Shown: positions 1 to 11,491, counted from the first letter of the stretch. The stretch: 64,000 nucleotides of DNA from Alphaproteobacteria bacterium (GCA_014238535.1 JABAAW010000001.1:911-64910); one strand, 5' to 3'. Notes: generated from the sequence alone by a model not told the origin. Program-made: numbers and translations.

Positions 1-894
1 GAGGAACTTTATCGTATCTCTTGCCTATTCGTATCGCATGGTATCGAAACTATTCGTATCACTGGCGGCGAGCCTTTGGTGCGCAAAAACCTTATGGAAC
101 TGCTGCGTGCGCTAGGTGGTTTGCTGGATGCGAGTGCGCATTGCGCGTCGCTTAAAAGCCTTACCCTAACGAGCAATGGAACGCAGCTAGAGCGATATGC
201 AGAGGAGCTGTTTGATTGCGGTATCCGCCGAGTGAATGTTTCGCTGGATTCGCTCGATAGCGAGACATTTTCGCATCTGACGCGCGGAGGGTCCCTTGCT
301 ATCGTTCAGGCTGGTATCGACGCGGCGTTGAAGGCAGGGTTACAGGTTAAGATAAATTGCGTTGCCCTCGCTGGTACTAACGTTTGCGAACAAGAAGTCG
401 ATAGGCTGCTCTCGTGGTGCGGCGAAAAAGGTTGCGACTTGACCTTTATCGAGGTTATGCCGATGGGGGATATTGGCAACGAGAAACGCTTAGATCAATT
501 CTATCCGCTTACCGAACTACGTCGTTCGATCGCTCAACGCTGGACTTTGGAGCAAACTGCATATCGCAGTGGCGGACCAGCGCGCTATACGCGTTGCGCT
601 GAAATGGGGCAGAACATCGGCTTCATCTCGCCCTTGACAGAAAATTTTTGCGACGGCTGCACGCGCGTTCGCGTCACTTGCACTGGCATGCTGTACCCCT
701 GCTTGGGACAAGAGAGTGGTGGCGATTTGCGTGAGCTGTTGCGTGCTCCTCAACGCGATGGCATGCGTTCAGATAGCGCGCTATCGGATAGGATAGCCAG
801 CGTTATAACGAAGAAGACTCGCGGACACGATTTTGTAATCGATGGTAGCGAACGCGCTGGCGTGTCGCGCACGATGAACGCTACTGGTGGGTAA
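1..894 (+). CDS. moaA: GTP 3',8-cyclase MoaA (molybdenum cofactor biosynthesis), 5'-partial; the N-terminus lies upstream of the window
   Basis: Reading frame is open from base 1 (EELYRISCLFVSHGIETIRITGGEPLVRKN, the MoaA ITGGEPL motif). C-terminal MoaA-type Cys cluster and GG end. The track ORF 76..894 is the same frame. Confidence 0.85.
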   Translation, partial: EELYRISCLFVSHGIETIRITGGEPLVRKNLMELLRALGGLLDASAHCASLKSLTLTSNGTQLERYAEELFDCGIRRVNVSLDSLDSETFSHLTRGGSLAIVQAGIDAALKAGLQVKINCVALAGTNVCEQEVDRLLSWCGEKGCDLTFIEVMPMGDIGNEKRLDQFYPLTELRRSIAQRWTLEQTAYRSGGPARYTRCAEMGQNIGFISPLTENFCDGCTRVRVTCTGMLYPCLGQESGGDLRELLRAPQRDGMRSDSALSDRIASVITKKTRGHDFVIDGSERAGVSRTMNATGG

Positions 895-915
895 CGAGGT
901 GGGCTGGCGGTTTTT

Positions 916-1698
916 GTGTCGTCGTTACGCGTAGCGATTTTCGCAGCAGACACAGAGAAGGCGAAGCGTTGTCGCGCTTGTATCGAAAAAGTGATCTCGC
1001 CTGTCTCTTTAGAACTAGCTGATTATGTTTTGGCTTTGGGCGGAGATGGTCTGATGCTAGAGGTTTTACGCCGCTACGGCATGCGCGATAAGAAAATTTA
1101 CGGCATTAACTGCGGTAGTGTTGGTTTCTTGATGAACCTTTTTGCTAGCGAGGATTTTAGCTCGCTAGAAAACAAGCTACTTACCGCTGCTACCTATAGC
1201 ATTGCGCCGCTTGTGCTAGAGACAACACAAAAGGATGGTACGAAGCTGTGCCACATTGCCTTTAACGATGTTTCTTTATTTCGCCGCACAGCGCAGGTAG
1301 CGAAGTTGCGCGTTATCATTGATGGCGAGGTGCGTTTGCAGGGTATGCTGTGCGATGGCATCAACCTCTCGACTCCTGCTGGTAGCACTGCCTACAACCT
1401 CTCTTTGCACGGACCTATTTTACCTTTGAGTTCGAATCTCATGGCATTGATGCCGATAGCCCCTTTTCGCCCTCGACGTTGGCGCGGAGCTTTGTTGCCG
1501 CAAGAATCTGTTTTGCAGATAGACTCTTTGGAAAGTGAGAAGCGTCCGATTTCTGCGGTTGCAGACAACGCTGAGGTTATGGACGTTATTTGCGCTTGCA
1601 TCCGCCAAGATAGAGGTAGTGCTGTTTCGGTGCTGTTCGATTCTGAACGCGACCTGCAAGAGCGCGTCATCAAGGAGCAATTTACGGAAGATCATTGA
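916..1698 (+). CDS. nadK: NAD(+) kinase
   Basis: GGDGLML and NCGSVGFL motifs typical of the NAD kinase / PpnK family; 260 aa. Confidence 0.85.
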   Translation: MSSLRVAIFAADTEKAKRCRACIEKVISPVSLELADYVLALGGDGLMLEVLRRYGMRDKKIYGINCGSVGFLMNLFASEDFSSLENKLLTAATYSIAPLVLETTQKDGTKLCHIAFNDVSLFRRTAQVAKLRVIIDGEVRLQGMLCDGINLSTPAGSTAYNLSLHGPILPLSSNLMALMPIAPFRPRRWRGALLPQESVLQIDSLESEKRPISAVADNAEVMDVICACIRQDRGSAVSVLFDSERDLQERVIKEQFTEDH

Positions 1699-1730
1699 TG
1701 GATATCGATTAGGAAGCGGGTAGAATTGTA

Positions 1731-3170
1731 ATGGAAGTATGGGATTTTTGTGTTATCGGAGCGGGCTCTGGCGGCATTCGAGCTGCGCGGCGGGCTGCTT
1801 CCTATGGTGCGAAAACAGCTGTTATCGAGCACTCGGCGCTTGGAGGCACATGCGTTAATAGAGGTTGCATTCCGAAGAAGCTGTACGTTTATGCGGGCTC
1901 GCATAGCGGGCAGTTTGTCGAGGCTGGGCTTTTTGGTTGGCGCGGGTTAGAGGGGCATTCATTTTCTTTGGATTTGTTGCGCGCGCAGAAGGACGAGGAA
2001 TTGTCGCGCCTACAGGCTCTCTATGCTGCAGGCTGTGCTGCTGATGGTGTGAGTGTTTTTCGTGGTAGCGCGTGCATTACGGGTAGGCGCGAAGGTTGCT
2101 TTTCGATTGGCATTGCGGGTGGTAACGATTCTCAACAGGAGTTGCGTGCGCGGCGTATTTTGATTGCAACGGGTGGCGAGCCACTACCATTGGCGGAAGT
2201 TGGTGGTGAAGCCTTTACGGGTGGCGAGCTGGCTAGTGTTTCGGATATAGTTTTTGAGTTAGAGTCGCTACCAGCGCGAGTTGTTGTTTTGGGTGGTGGG
2301 TATATCGCGCTTGAGTGCGCGAGTATTTTCAACGCCTTGGGCTCGCGCACGACCTTGCTACATCGCAACGAGGTGCTTTTGCGCTCGTTTGACCGCGGGA
2401 TTGTGAAGCATTGTTTGGACGCTATGGTTGCGCGCGGCGTAGATTGTAGGCTTTCTAGCCGTTTGCTGGGTCTTTCAAGCAAGCGTGCGAAAGACGGAAG
2501 CGAGGAGATACAGCTGGACATAGAGGAGTGCGCTTCTTTGTCGTGTGATTTTGTTTTGGCGGCGATTGGTCGGCGCGCGTGCACGCGCGAGCTAGGTCTC
2601 GCTGCGGTTGGTGTTGCGTTGGACGAGCGCGGCAAGATTATAACGGACGAACATTTTGCGAGTTCGGTTGATGGTATCTATGCGATAGGGGATGTAACGG
2701 CTTCGCCTGAGTTGACGCCGATTGCTATCCGCCAGGCGGAGGTTTTGACGCGCTGTCTTTTTGCTGGTAGCGATGAGGTTTTCGACGCGCGAGTTTTACC
2801 TCGCGCGGTATTTGCGAGTCCTGCTATTGCGAGCGTCGGTTTGTCTGAAGAGGAGGCGCGCGAGCAAGGAAGCGTTCGTGTTTATGAGTCGCGTTTTGTT
2901 CCTTTGCGCGCTAGTTTTGCTGCGCGTTCAGGTACTAGGGTTAGTGCAGGCGATAGGTCTATGCTGAAGTTGATCGAGCGTGGCGGCGGCGCGGTTGGTA
3001 GCGGCGAGGTTTTGGGCTGCCACATGGTGGGTGCGGACGCGCCTGAGATTATTCAAGCTTTGGCTCCTGCTTTGCAGGTTAGGGCTAGGAAAAAAGACTT
3101 TGACGATGTCGTAGCTTTGCATCCGACGAATGCTGAGGAATTCATGACTATGCGTGATTTTCGCGAGTGA
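1731..3170 (+). CDS. gor: Glutathione-disulfide reductase (pyridine nucleotide-disulfide oxidoreductase class I)
   Basis: N-terminal FAD fold GAGSGG, redox-active GGTCVNRGCIPKK, and a C-terminal HPTNAEEF dimerisation motif characteristic of glutathione reductase. Confidence 0.8.
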   Translation: MEVWDFCVIGAGSGGIRAARRAASYGAKTAVIEHSALGGTCVNRGCIPKKLYVYAGSHSGQFVEAGLFGWRGLEGHSFSLDLLRAQKDEELSRLQALYAAGCAADGVSVFRGSACITGRREGCFSIGIAGGNDSQQELRARRILIATGGEPLPLAEVGGEAFTGGELASVSDIVFELESLPARVVVLGGGYIALECASIFNALGSRTTLLHRNEVLLRSFDRGIVKHCLDAMVARGVDCRLSSRLLGLSSKRAKDGSEEIQLDIEECASLSCDFVLAAIGRRACTRELGLAAVGVALDERGKIITDEHFASSVDGIYAIGDVTASPELTPIAIRQAEVLTRCLFAGSDEVFDARVLPRAVFASPAIASVGLSEEEAREQGSVRVYESRFVPLRASFAARSGTRVSAGDRSMLKLIERGGGAVGSGEVLGCHMVGADAPEIIQALAPALQVRARKKDFDDVVALHPTNAEEFMTMRDFRE

Positions 3171-3194
3171 TATACACCTAGCTTAATTTTTGTA

Positions 3195-3698
3195 TTGTTG
3201 AAGAGCATGCGTGGATATTTCGGGGTTGGCATTGAGAACTTGTCGAAGGCGCACAATGCAGGAGCACTATATCGCACGGCGCATGCGTTCGGAGCGGACT
3301 TCGTTTTTGCGTTTGGCGAGCGTCTGCCTACGCGCCTATTGCAGCAGGTAGATACATCGAAGGTTGGTCGTCATGTGCCTTTTTACTGCTATAGCGGGCT
3401 TGAGGAAATGGTTTTACCGAATGGCTGCGCGTTGGTAGGCGTTGAGTTATGCGCGCATGCACGCGAGCTTCCTGAGTTTGAACATCCCTCTCGTGCGGTA
3501 TATGTCTTTGGACCAGAGCGCGGCGATTTGTCATCGGATGTTTTAGACCATTGCCATAGCGTTATTAAAATTCCTACTCGTTTTTGTTTGAATGTAGGCA
3601 TTGCTTGCGCTGTCGTCATGTATGATAGAGGATTGAGCTTGGGAAGTTGGGGGGCTCGTAAGGGTTTTGGAGCGAGCAACAAAGGATATAAAACATAG
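3195..3698 (+). CDS. SpoU/TrmH-family RNA 2'-O-methyltransferase (small TrmL-like)
   Basis: 167 aa; the GIENLSKAHNAGALYRTAHAFGADFV pattern fits the SPOUT methyltransferase fold. Confidence 0.65.
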   Translation: MLKSMRGYFGVGIENLSKAHNAGALYRTAHAFGADFVFAFGERLPTRLLQQVDTSKVGRHVPFYCYSGLEEMVLPNGCALVGVELCAHARELPEFEHPSRAVYVFGPERGDLSSDVLDHCHSVIKIPTRFCLNVGIACAVVMYDRGLSLGSWGARKGFGASNKGYKT

Positions 3699-3739
3699 AG
3701 GCAACGGGCTAACTAGTTGTTAAGCTATTGCGCTACTAC

Positions 3740-4852
3740 TTATATTTTGCTCCGTCTATTATTAGCCTCTGCTCGCTTTGCAATTCCTAGCACATAGCGT
3801 TCTGCTAGCGTCCATTGTAATTTTGGTTTGCGTTTAATAAGTTTCTCGCAGTCTATGCCGTCGCCTAGCAACCGATATAGGTTGCGACTATTCCATCTTC
3901 TTACTTGCGAGCTTAGTCTTTCTCGCAAATGGAATAGGACAAATGGGCGCCAATGTGCGATGGCACTCCGCAGTTTAGCGCCATCGTCTCTGCCACGAGC
4001 TGCTAAACTTGTTAGACATTGTATATGGCGCATGACCGACCTGACGAGCACGATGCCATTAATTTGCGATACTTTTAACCTGCTTAGCGCGCGTGCGCAA
4101 TTCTCGCTATGACCGTCGAAGGCGTCGTATAAGATTTCGCCGATTCTCGTTTCTCGCCATTCGCTTAGTAGTTCCCATACTTGCTCGTCAATTTTACCAC
4201 CTGTGCCATAGTATAAAACGACTTTTTCTAACTCTTGCTTGGCAGCCATCCTATCTGCGCATAGGATTTCGCCCATCGCCTGTAGCAAGTGGTCTTTAAC
4301 TTCGATCTGCTCCTTATGCAGGACCGCCTTTATCATAGGAATAACATCGCTACTGCGTTCCTCATAGCATGCGAAGACCGTAGCCTTTTCTTCAAAGATT
4401 TTACGTAAAACAGCGTCTTTGCGCAAAGCCTGCCCCCGCACGATCAAGATGCTATCTCCGTTTTTGCTTTCTTCGTCCTTGGATAGCTCTTCTAGGCAAT
4501 CGGTAAATACTGCGCGCGCATCAAACTTATCGGCTCCACTAACTTCCAGCAGAACGATTTTTTTGCCACCAAACAAAGAAGGAGAACAAAGCATGTCGCG
4601 TAATTTTTCGCCGCCCTTGGTAAGTGCCTGTATACTTATCCGCACGACCCCTTCGTGGTTACTAGCAAGGCTACTTTTGCGACGTATGCCCCCTTCGCTG
4701 TCGTATCCTAATGCCGCTGCAAGCACGCGTTGTTCGTAGTAGCGCGCCAAGCCCTCGTTTGGTCCGTATAGCAACCAAGCGCGAGGCAAAGCCTTGTTGT
4801 TATTCTTTACTGCTGTTAGGCAAGCATCGACCTCGTTGCGCTTTAAGATCAC
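3740..4852 (-). CDS. holA: DNA polymerase III subunit delta
   Basis: 370 aa; N-terminal LLYGPNEGL clamp-loader delta pattern. Sits in the conserved leuS-lptE-holA arrangement. Confidence 0.7.
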   Translation of the reverse strand: MILKRNEVDACLTAVKNNNKALPRAWLLYGPNEGLARYYEQRVLAAALGYDSEGGIRRKSSLASNHEGVVRISIQALTKGGEKLRDMLCSPSLFGGKKIVLLEVSGADKFDARAVFTDCLEELSKDEESKNGDSILIVRGQALRKDAVLRKIFEEKATVFACYEERSSDVIPMIKAVLHKEQIEVKDHLLQAMGEILCADRMAAKQELEKVVLYYGTGGKIDEQVWELLSEWRETRIGEILYDAFDGHSENCARALSRLKVSQINGIVLVRSVMRHIQCLTSLAARGRDDGAKLRSAIAHWRPFVLFHLRERLSSQVRRWNSRNLYRLLGDGIDCEKLIKRKPKLQWTLAERYVLGIAKRAEANNRRSKI

Positions 4853-4860
4853 TTTTCAGA

Positions 4861-5448
4861 TTAATTTTTATGGGAATTAGGTTCGTTTTTGCTATCTGCA
4901 TTGTTTCTCTTTTTCCTTGTTGCTTCGGCGAAAAAGTATAAGCGTGCGCGCAGTGCTATCTCTCCTGCGATGCGCTCGATTACATGCCTTATGGCTTCTT
5001 CTTCGGCATCGCGTCTTGCTAAAAACTCTGATAGCACAGTGTAATCGCTACGCTCGCTAAAGCTACCTTCCAGCACTACTTCATCTGCTTTATTTTTTGT
5101 AAGTTTGAAAATAGTTTTAACTTTAACTTCACCGATTATTCGTTCGCGCGGGAAGTTGCGTTCTTTCTTTTTGACTTCCATCGCAATTTGCAATTTGTGA
5201 GTTTTGTTTTTCTTCCTGTTGCTTGTGTTGAAGCGTCTCTCTAATTCTGCTCGTAAGATTTGTCCCCTACGCTCTGCAATGGGCTCCACAAAAATGCGCG
5301 CTAGACTATCGCCCGCGCTTTGCAGGTCGCTTGCTTGATATGGAGCGACTGGCTTAAGGCAAGCACTCGGTGCAAGACAAAGTATGCTAACGCTTGCCAT
5401 AACGGTGCAAAGTTTTTGTAAATTAGCCAGTCGTAGAATTTCAATCAT
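4861..5448 (-). CDS. lptE: LPS-assembly lipoprotein LptE
   Basis: 195 aa with a signal and lipobox-like N-terminus (SILCLAPSAC). Position immediately downstream of leuS is the canonical lptE location. Confidence 0.6.
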   Translation of the reverse strand: MIEILRLANLQKLCTVMASVSILCLAPSACLKPVAPYQASDLQSAGDSLARIFVEPIAERRGQILRAELERRFNTSNRKKNKTHKLQIAMEVKKKERNFPRERIIGEVKVKTIFKLTKNKADEVVLEGSFSERSDYTVLSEFLARRDAEEEAIRHVIERIAGEIALRARLYFFAEATRKKRNNADSKNEPNSHKN

Positions 5449-5480
5449 TGTCTATGAACGCTACTAGGAAGGGAGGTTCA

Positions 5481-8237
5481 CTAGGATGCTTTTGCCGCTG
5501 TTTCAGAGGTTTTTTCTCTTTCGACGATTATGTTTACTATTTTATTCGGCACGAAAATAATTTTTTTGATGCTCGCCTCACCTAAGTTTCGTTGTACATT
5601 ATCTTGTTGCAAGGCTTTTTTTTCTGCAATCGTCTGCTCGCAATTTGCAGGCAAGCGCATCGCGGCGCGCATTTTCCCGTTTATCTGCACGGCGAGCACG
5701 ACCTCCTGCTCGCTAGCTTTTTCTTCATCGAAACTTGGCCAAGTAGTTTCCGCCAAAGTGTTTTCGCCGTCGATTTTCTGCCACAGTTCTTCGGTTATAT
5801 GCGGAATGAATGGATTGAAAAGACGTAGCAAGCAGGCGAATGCTACCTCGCGCTGTTTTTGCACCTCTGTGCTTGTCGCTATGCTTGTTTTTTGGCAATC
5901 CTCTATATCGTTGCTGAGACTACGCAGTTTAGCGATAGCGCGGTTAAAACGAAGTTGTTCTATGTCTATGGTAATATCGCGAATGGCTTGGTGTGTTGCG
6001 CGCTGCAGCTCATTTGGTGATAGAATTTTAGTCCTTTCGTCGTTTTCCTGAATGCCATCTTTAGACTTATTGCCCTGCGTTTTTTTTTCCTTATTGATAT
6101 CCTCAGCTATGCGCCATAGCCTATGCATAAATTTGGCGGCGCCCTTAATTCCATCCCCGCTCCATTCTAAATCACGCTCTGGTGGCGAGTCCGAAAGCAT
6201 GAACATGCGTGCCGTGTCTGCACCGTAGTTAGTGATGACGCTTTTTGGGTCGACGATATTTTTTTTCGACTTGCTCATTTTTTCACTCCGCCCGCGAATG
6301 ACTTTTGCGCCTGTTATTTTATCGGTGTAAGTATTTTTTTGTGCGCCCCTTCCATGTTTGACTTGGTGCGGGAATAGGAATTTTTTACTTTTTTCATCTT
6401 GGTATGTAGCGTGGCAAACCATACCTTGCGTAAATAACCCCTCGAAGGGTTCGACGATTTCTGTTAGATGCCCGCACTCGACGAGCGCGCGAGTAAAGAA
6501 GCGAGCGTAAAGTAGGTGCAGGATTGCATGCTCGACTCCTCCGATGTACTGGTCGACTGGTAGCCATCGTTGTGCTTGTTTTGCAATGGCTTGCTTTTCG
6601 TTGCGCGGGTCGCAAAAGCGTAGAAAGTACCACGAGGACTCGACGAAGGTATCGAATGTATCGGTGTCGCGTTCAGCCTCACTTTTGCAGCTGGGGCATT
6701 TTGTTTTGCGCCACTCTTTCGCTCTCTCCAGTGGGTTGCCTGGTTTATCAAACGAGACATCTTGTGGCAGTTTTATGGGTAGTGTCTCTCGAGGGGCTGG
6801 TACGACTCCGCATTTTTTGCAATGTATTACGGGTATTGGGCATCCCCAGTATCGCTGTCGCGAGACGCCCCAATCTCGCAAGCGCCATGTTGTTTTTTTC
6901 TCGCCCAGCCCGTTTTCTTGCAATTTTTGGATAGCGCGCGTGATGGCTTTTTCGGTTGTTAGTCCGTCGAGAAACTTTGAGTGTATCATAGTGCCGTCCC
7001 CGACCCACGCGGTGTCGGTTATGGCGAAGGTTGTGCTATCTTTACCTTTCGGTAGAACTACGGGTTTTACATCTAGCTTATACTTGCGTGCGAAATCTAA
7101 GTCGCGTTGGTCGTGTGCGGGGCAGGCGAAGATAGCACCCGTTCCGTATTCCATCAGCACATAGTCGCATACGAATAGAGGTAGGAGCGTGTTTTTATCG
7201 AGCGGATGCTCTAAGCGTATTTTGCTATCGACGCCACTTTTTTCTTTGTCTTCGGCGTTGTTTTGTGCGTTTGCTTTGCTATTTGCCTGTTTGACATATT
7301 CTGCGAGTTCTTCGTTAGTTTCGGCTAGTTTTTCGCATAACGGATGATTAGGCGACATAGCGCAGAAGGTTGCGCCGAAGATAGTGTCTGGTCTTGTCGA
7401 GAAGACCTCTAGAGTTTTTGGTAGCGTTTCTACTTTTTCACTCTGCTGTTTTTTGATATTGAAGCGTATCAGGCATCCTTGCGACTTTCCGATCCAGTTT
7501 CGTTGCATGGTTTTGACTTTTTCAGGCCATTTTTCTAATCCGTCGAGTGCGGCGAGTAGCTGCGGTGCGAATTGTGTAATTCTGAAGAACCACTGTGCGA
7601 GTTTTCTTTTTTCTACTATGGCTCCTGAGCGCCAGCCCTTGCCATCGATGACTTGTTCGTTTGCGAGCACGGAGTTTTCGCTAGGGTCCCAGTTGACCCA
7701 TGCTTTTTTTCGGTAAGCGAGTCCTTTTTCTAACAGATCGAGAAACATGTTTTGTTCGTGTTTGTAGTATTTTGGGTTGCATGTTGCTATCTCTCTTGTC
7801 CAATCGATGTCGAGTCCCATCGATTGCAGCTGCTTTCGCATTGCGTCTATATTATTTTTTGTCCAAGTTTTAGGATGTTCTTGGTGTTCGAGTGCTGCGT
7901 TTTCTGCGGGCAATCCGAAAGCGTCCCATCCCATCGGGTGTAGAACGTCGAAGTTATTTGCGCGATAGAATCGAGCTAGCACGTCGCCGAGGGTGTAATT
8001 TCGCACGTGCCCCATGTGGATGTTTCCGGACGGATATGGAAACATCTCTAGGATGTACTTCTTTTTTCGTTTAGGTTTTTGTTCGCTTTGTTCTACTTCT
8101 GAGGAATGTTTTTGTTGCGCTTGCTCTTTCAGCCATCGTTGCTGCCATTTTTTTTCGATAACTCGGTGTTCGTAGCGTGTGTTACATTCGCCAGCGTTGA
8201 GGTTTTCTTTTAGATTTTTGTTGTTATAGTTTTGCAT
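5481..8237 (-). CDS. leuS: Leucine--tRNA ligase
   Basis: 918 aa; [13 protein letters not shown] (HIGH) and KMSKSKKN (KMSKS) class I synthetase motifs, plus an editing domain. Confidence 0.95.
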   Translation of the reverse strand: MQNYNNKNLKENLNAGECNTRYEHRVIEKKWQQRWLKEQAQQKHSSEVEQSEQKPKRKKKYILEMFPYPSGNIHMGHVRNYTLGDVLARFYRANNFDVLHPMGWDAFGLPAENAALEHQEHPKTWTKNNIDAMRKQLQSMGLDIDWTREIATCNPKYYKHEQNMFLDLLEKGLAYRKKAWVNWDPSENSVLANEQVIDGKGWRSGAIVEKRKLAQWFFRITQFAPQLLAALDGLEKWPEKVKTMQRNWIGKSQGCLIRFNIKKQQSEKVETLPKTLEVFSTRPDTIFGATFCAMSPNHPLCEKLAETNEELAEYVKQANSKANAQNNAEDKEKSGVDSKIRLEHPLDKNTLLPLFVCDYVLMEYGTGAIFACPAHDQRDLDFARKYKLDVKPVVLPKGKDSTTFAITDTAWVGDGTMIHSKFLDGLTTEKAITRAIQKLQENGLGEKKTTWRLRDWGVSRQRYWGCPIPVIHCKKCGVVPAPRETLPIKLPQDVSFDKPGNPLERAKEWRKTKCPSCKSEAERDTDTFDTFVESSWYFLRFCDPRNEKQAIAKQAQRWLPVDQYIGGVEHAILHLLYARFFTRALVECGHLTEIVEPFEGLFTQGMVCHATYQDEKSKKFLFPHQVKHGRGAQKNTYTDKITGAKVIRGRSEKMSKSKKNIVDPKSVITNYGADTARMFMLSDSPPERDLEWSGDGIKGAAKFMHRLWRIAEDINKEKKTQGNKSKDGIQENDERTKILSPNELQRATHQAIRDITIDIEQLRFNRAIAKLRSLSNDIEDCQKTSIATSTEVQKQREVAFACLLRLFNPFIPHITEELWQKIDGENTLAETTWPSFDEEKASEQEVVLAVQINGKMRAAMRLPANCEQTIAEKKALQQDNVQRNLGEASIKKIIFVPNKIVNIIVEREKTSETAAKAS

Positions 8238-8796
8238 CGGCGATCAAGTCGCGCGCGCGCGTCAGCATAGTATCTTCGATTTTTCTTACGGTGTCTTTGT
8301 CGGTATCTTCGTTGCGCCAAACGCTCCCGCGTAAGCGTTGCGAGAAGACGTTTACGGACAGTGCGTCGCTTCGGAAATCTGGTCCAATGATGCGCACGGT
8401 AATTTTATAGCGCTGTGCTGGTTTTTCGGGTGGCGAGTACCAGTCTGTGGCTATTACTCCGCCGTTGAAGTCGGACGATAGCAGTGGCATGAAATTGATG
8501 GTTTCTAGTGCTCCTTGCCATAGGTATACGTTAGTATTTTGCCTAGCGTTGACTATTGTATTTTGCGTATTCGGTGCTTTGTTTTTTTTCTTACCAAACG
8601 AGAACAGTTTTCGAGGTTTATCGTCGGGTTTGCCTTCTCTACCGATTTTACCACCTCTTCTATCGCGTTTGTCTTCGACGGTTAGGTTTTCTTCTTCTGT
8701 TGCGCGTCGCACATTAGGGCTATTGCATGCGTTGAGTAGCATTAGTGCTACGAGGCTTGCGAGTATGTGTCGGCGTGTGTTTTTGTAGTGGAGCAT
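8224..8796 (-). CDS. Lipoprotein of unknown function (DUF3576-like, conserved upstream of leuS in alphaproteobacteria)
   Basis: Signal peptide with lipobox LLNACNS. Overlaps the leuS start by 14 nt, suggesting translational coupling. Confidence 0.5.
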   Translation of the reverse strand: MLHYKNTRRHILASLVALMLLNACNSPNVRRATEEENLTVEDKRDRRGGKIGREGKPDDKPRKLFSFGKKKNKAPNTQNTIVNARQNTNVYLWQGALETINFMPLLSSDFNGGVIATDWYSPPEKPAQRYKITVRIIGPDFRSDALSVNVFSQRLRGSVWRNEDTDKDTVRKIEDTMLTRARDLIADAKL

Positions 8797-8925
8797 GCCT
8801 TTAGTATAGCAGAGTGAAGTTATCAGGCAAGGTTATGGCAAAGGGATATGCTAGGCATGAGTTATCACTCGCTATGAATTCTTGTTACGGGTTATAATAC
8901 TTTTTTGCAGGAGGTTTCACACAAT

Positions 8926-10398
8926 ATGGATAAGCAGGTAGGATTTGCAGCCCCTGACGGCTGCTATATTGATGGTGCTTGGGTTTCTTCGTCTTCGGGT
9001 TGTTGTTTTTCTAGCATTAACCCTGCGACGGGCGAGGTTTTGGGAGAAATTCCAAGCTTGGGCGCGTCAGAGACACACGCAGCGATAGAAGCTGCTTCGC
9101 GAGCGTTGGTTGATTGGCGTTCGCGCACGGCATCGGAGCGTGGGCAGTTTCTGCGTCTTTTTGGCGATAAGCTTGGCGAGCATTGTGAGGATTTGGCGCA
9201 TTTATTGACTATTGAGCAAGGCAAGCCGCTCTCGGAATCGCGCGGTGAAGTATCTTATGCGCAGTCTTTTCTCTATTGGTTTGCTGAGGAGGGTCTTCGT
9301 CTCTATGGCGATGTGATTCCCAGCCACACGAAAGATGCGCGTTTGCTTGCGCTGAAGCAAGGAGTTGGTGTTTGCGCGTTGATTACGCCTTGGAATTTTC
9401 CCTACGCGATGATAACACGCAAGCTTGGCGCGGCATTGGCGGCGGGTTGCACGGCGATAGTTAAGCCTGCGGAACAGACTCCACTATGCGCGCTTGCCTT
9501 GGCTCGTTTGGGAGAGGAGGCTGGTTTTCCACGCGGTGTTTTCAATGTAGTTACAGGAGACGCTGCTACTATCGGTGGAGCGTTTATGGCAAGCGATGTA
9601 GTAAGGAAGGTATCTTTCACTGGCTCGACGGAGGTGGGAAAGCTTTTGATAGCGCAGTCTGCCGCAACGGTTAAGAAATTATCGCTAGAGCTAGGCGGGC
9701 ACGCTCCTTTTATTGTTTGCGAGGACGCCGATGTTGACGCTGCGGTTGAAGGGGCGATGATCTCTAAATTTCGTAATAGCGGTCAAACATGCGTTTGCGC
9801 GAACCGCTTTTATATCCACGAGTCTCTGTATGATTCTTTTGCCGAGCGTTTTGGAGCGAAGATTGCGAAGTTAAAGGTCGGTAATGGTCTTTCATCGGAT
9901 ACGCAACTAGGACCATTGATCGACATGGCGGCGGTAGAGAAGTCTGCAAGGCATGTAAAGGATGCGAAGGAGAAAGGAGCGAAGATTCTTTTTGGCGGCG
10001 CGAGCGCTGATGCGGGCAAGCAATTTTTCCAGCCTACCCTTTTGGGAGAAGTTGATCCCTCGATGCGGATTTTGCAAGAAGAGACGTTTGGTCCCGTAGC
10101 CCCCCTGATACGCTTTAGCAGCTATGAGGATGTTATAAAGCAGGCGAACGATACCCCCTATGGTCTCGCTGCGTATTTCTACAGTCGCGATGTTGGTAGG
10201 ATTTTTAGCCTAGCCGATGGTTTGGACTATGGCATGGTTGTAGCTAATTCGGGTGTTTCGTCGACAGCTTGTGCTCCGTTTGGCGGGGTTAAGCATTCTG
10301 GCTACGGACGCGAAGGCTCGAAGTACGGCATTTTGGAATATGTCGACATAAAATACCTCATGATCGGTGGCTTGGCGTCTAACAAGGACGGGCAGTAG
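8926..10398 (+). CDS. gabD: NAD(P)-dependent succinate-semialdehyde dehydrogenase (aldehyde dehydrogenase family)
   Basis: Aldehyde dehydrogenase glutamate and cysteine active-site regions (LELGGHAPFIV, FRNSGQTCVCANR). The start at MDKQ is preferred because AGGAGG lies 9 nt upstream. Confidence 0.8.
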   Translation: MDKQVGFAAPDGCYIDGAWVSSSSGCCFSSINPATGEVLGEIPSLGASETHAAIEAASRALVDWRSRTASERGQFLRLFGDKLGEHCEDLAHLLTIEQGKPLSESRGEVSYAQSFLYWFAEEGLRLYGDVIPSHTKDARLLALKQGVGVCALITPWNFPYAMITRKLGAALAAGCTAIVKPAEQTPLCALALARLGEEAGFPRGVFNVVTGDAATIGGAFMASDVVRKVSFTGSTEVGKLLIAQSAATVKKLSLELGGHAPFIVCEDADVDAAVEGAMISKFRNSGQTCVCANRFYIHESLYDSFAERFGAKIAKLKVGNGLSSDTQLGPLIDMAAVEKSARHVKDAKEKGAKILFGGASADAGKQFFQPTLLGEVDPSMRILQEETFGPVAPLIRFSSYEDVIKQANDTPYGLAAYFYSRDVGRIFSLADGLDYGMVVANSGVSSTACAPFGGVKHSGYGREGSKYGILEYVDIKYLMIGGLASNKDGQ

Positions 10399-10419
10399 TA
10401 TTTACTATCCTTGAGTTCG

Positions 10420-11466
10420 CTAACGAGTGTTGGCGAATGAGCCCATGCTATGCGCTAGTTCGAGCATACGATTTGCGAATCCCCACTCGTTGTCGTACCA
10501 GGCGGTCGTTTGGTACGCATTCTTATCTAACTCTTTTGTCTCCATCGCATCGAAGATAGCACTTTCGCTACGGTGGAGAAAGTCTACGGATACGAGGGGT
10601 TCTTCGCAAACCGCTAGGATTCCTCGCATGGAGGTTTTTGCTTTTTCGCGCATCGCTTGGTTTATGCTTTCGATTGAGCACGACTTTTGTGTAATGCAAT
10701 TAAAGACTAGCGTAGACACGTTTGCGACGGGCACTCTGAGCGAGCTAGCGAGTATTTTTCCTTTCAGTTCAGGTATGGCGAGCGCGAGTGCGTTTGCAGC
10801 TCCGGTCGATGTGGGGATTATAGATAGTGCGGCTGCGCGTGCGCGTCGTGGGTCCTTGTGAAATTTGTCTAGCAGGTTTTGGTCGGGCGTGTAGGCATGG
10901 CATGTTGTTGCGAACCCGCGTTCTATGCCGCATAGCTGTTGTAATACTGAGGCTATAGGCGCGAGGCAGTTCGTCGTGCACGATAGGGCTGATACTATCT
11001 GATGTTGCTGTTCCAACATGCCATCATTGACACCGACGACTATTGATACATCGGGATTTTTTGCTGGCGCAGAAATAAGAACCTTTGCCGCTCCACGCTC
11101 TAGATGTAACTTTGCCCGCTCGCGTGTTTTATAAGCACCGCTACATTCTAAGACGATGTCTATGCCTAGTTTTCGCCAATCGAGTTCTTGCGCCTCGCGT
11201 ATGCGCATGCACGAGACTTCGTGCCCATTGCAAGCAAGGGTGTCCCTCCCAACTACTTCACATGGAGCCTGCATTACGCCGTGTAGAGAGTCGTAGCGTA
11301 ATAAGTGTAGCACCTCGCTTGCTGTTGTCGTTGGGTTAGAGCTGCCGTCGTTGATCGCGATGATCGAGATATTGTTTTTTATATCTAACCTTTCAGCCTC
11401 GATCCACGCGCGTAAGACCAAGCGTCCGATGCGTCCGAAGCCGTTTATGGCGATTTTTATAGGCAT
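10420..11466 (-). CDS. gap: Glyceraldehyde-3-phosphate / erythrose-4-phosphate dehydrogenase
   Basis: INGFGRIGR NAD-binding N-terminus and the SCTTNCLAP active-site cysteine motif. Confidence 0.8.
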   Translation of the reverse strand: MPIKIAINGFGRIGRLVLRAWIEAERLDIKNNISIIAINDGSSNPTTTASEVLHLLRYDSLHGVMQAPCEVVGRDTLACNGHEVSCMRIREAQELDWRKLGIDIVLECSGAYKTRERAKLHLERGAAKVLISAPAKNPDVSIVVGVNDGMLEQQHQIVSALSCTTNCLAPIASVLQQLCGIERGFATTCHAYTPDQNLLDKFHKDPRRARAAALSIIPTSTGAANALALAIPELKGKILASSLRVPVANVSTLVFNCITQKSCSIESINQAMREKAKTSMRGILAVCEEPLVSVDFLHRSESAIFDAMETKELDKNAYQTTAWYDNEWGFANRMLELAHSMGSFANTR

Positions 11467-11491
11467 AGTGTTTTCCTTGTTTTGTTTATAT

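Noticed and set aside
5530-6051. Long antisense and shadow ORFs inside confirmed genes: 5530..6051(+) in leuS, 25832..26698(+) in the asparaginase-family gene, 30443..31207(-) in the CorC gene, 35233..35982(+) in leuC, 39099..39755(+) in ffh, 51790..52167(+) in the SPOR gene, 28632..29303(-) in aroKB.
   Set aside because: Each lies opposite a gene with strong family motifs. All have low-complexity or Cys/Ser/Arg-rich translations typical of high-GC antisense frames. None has independent support.
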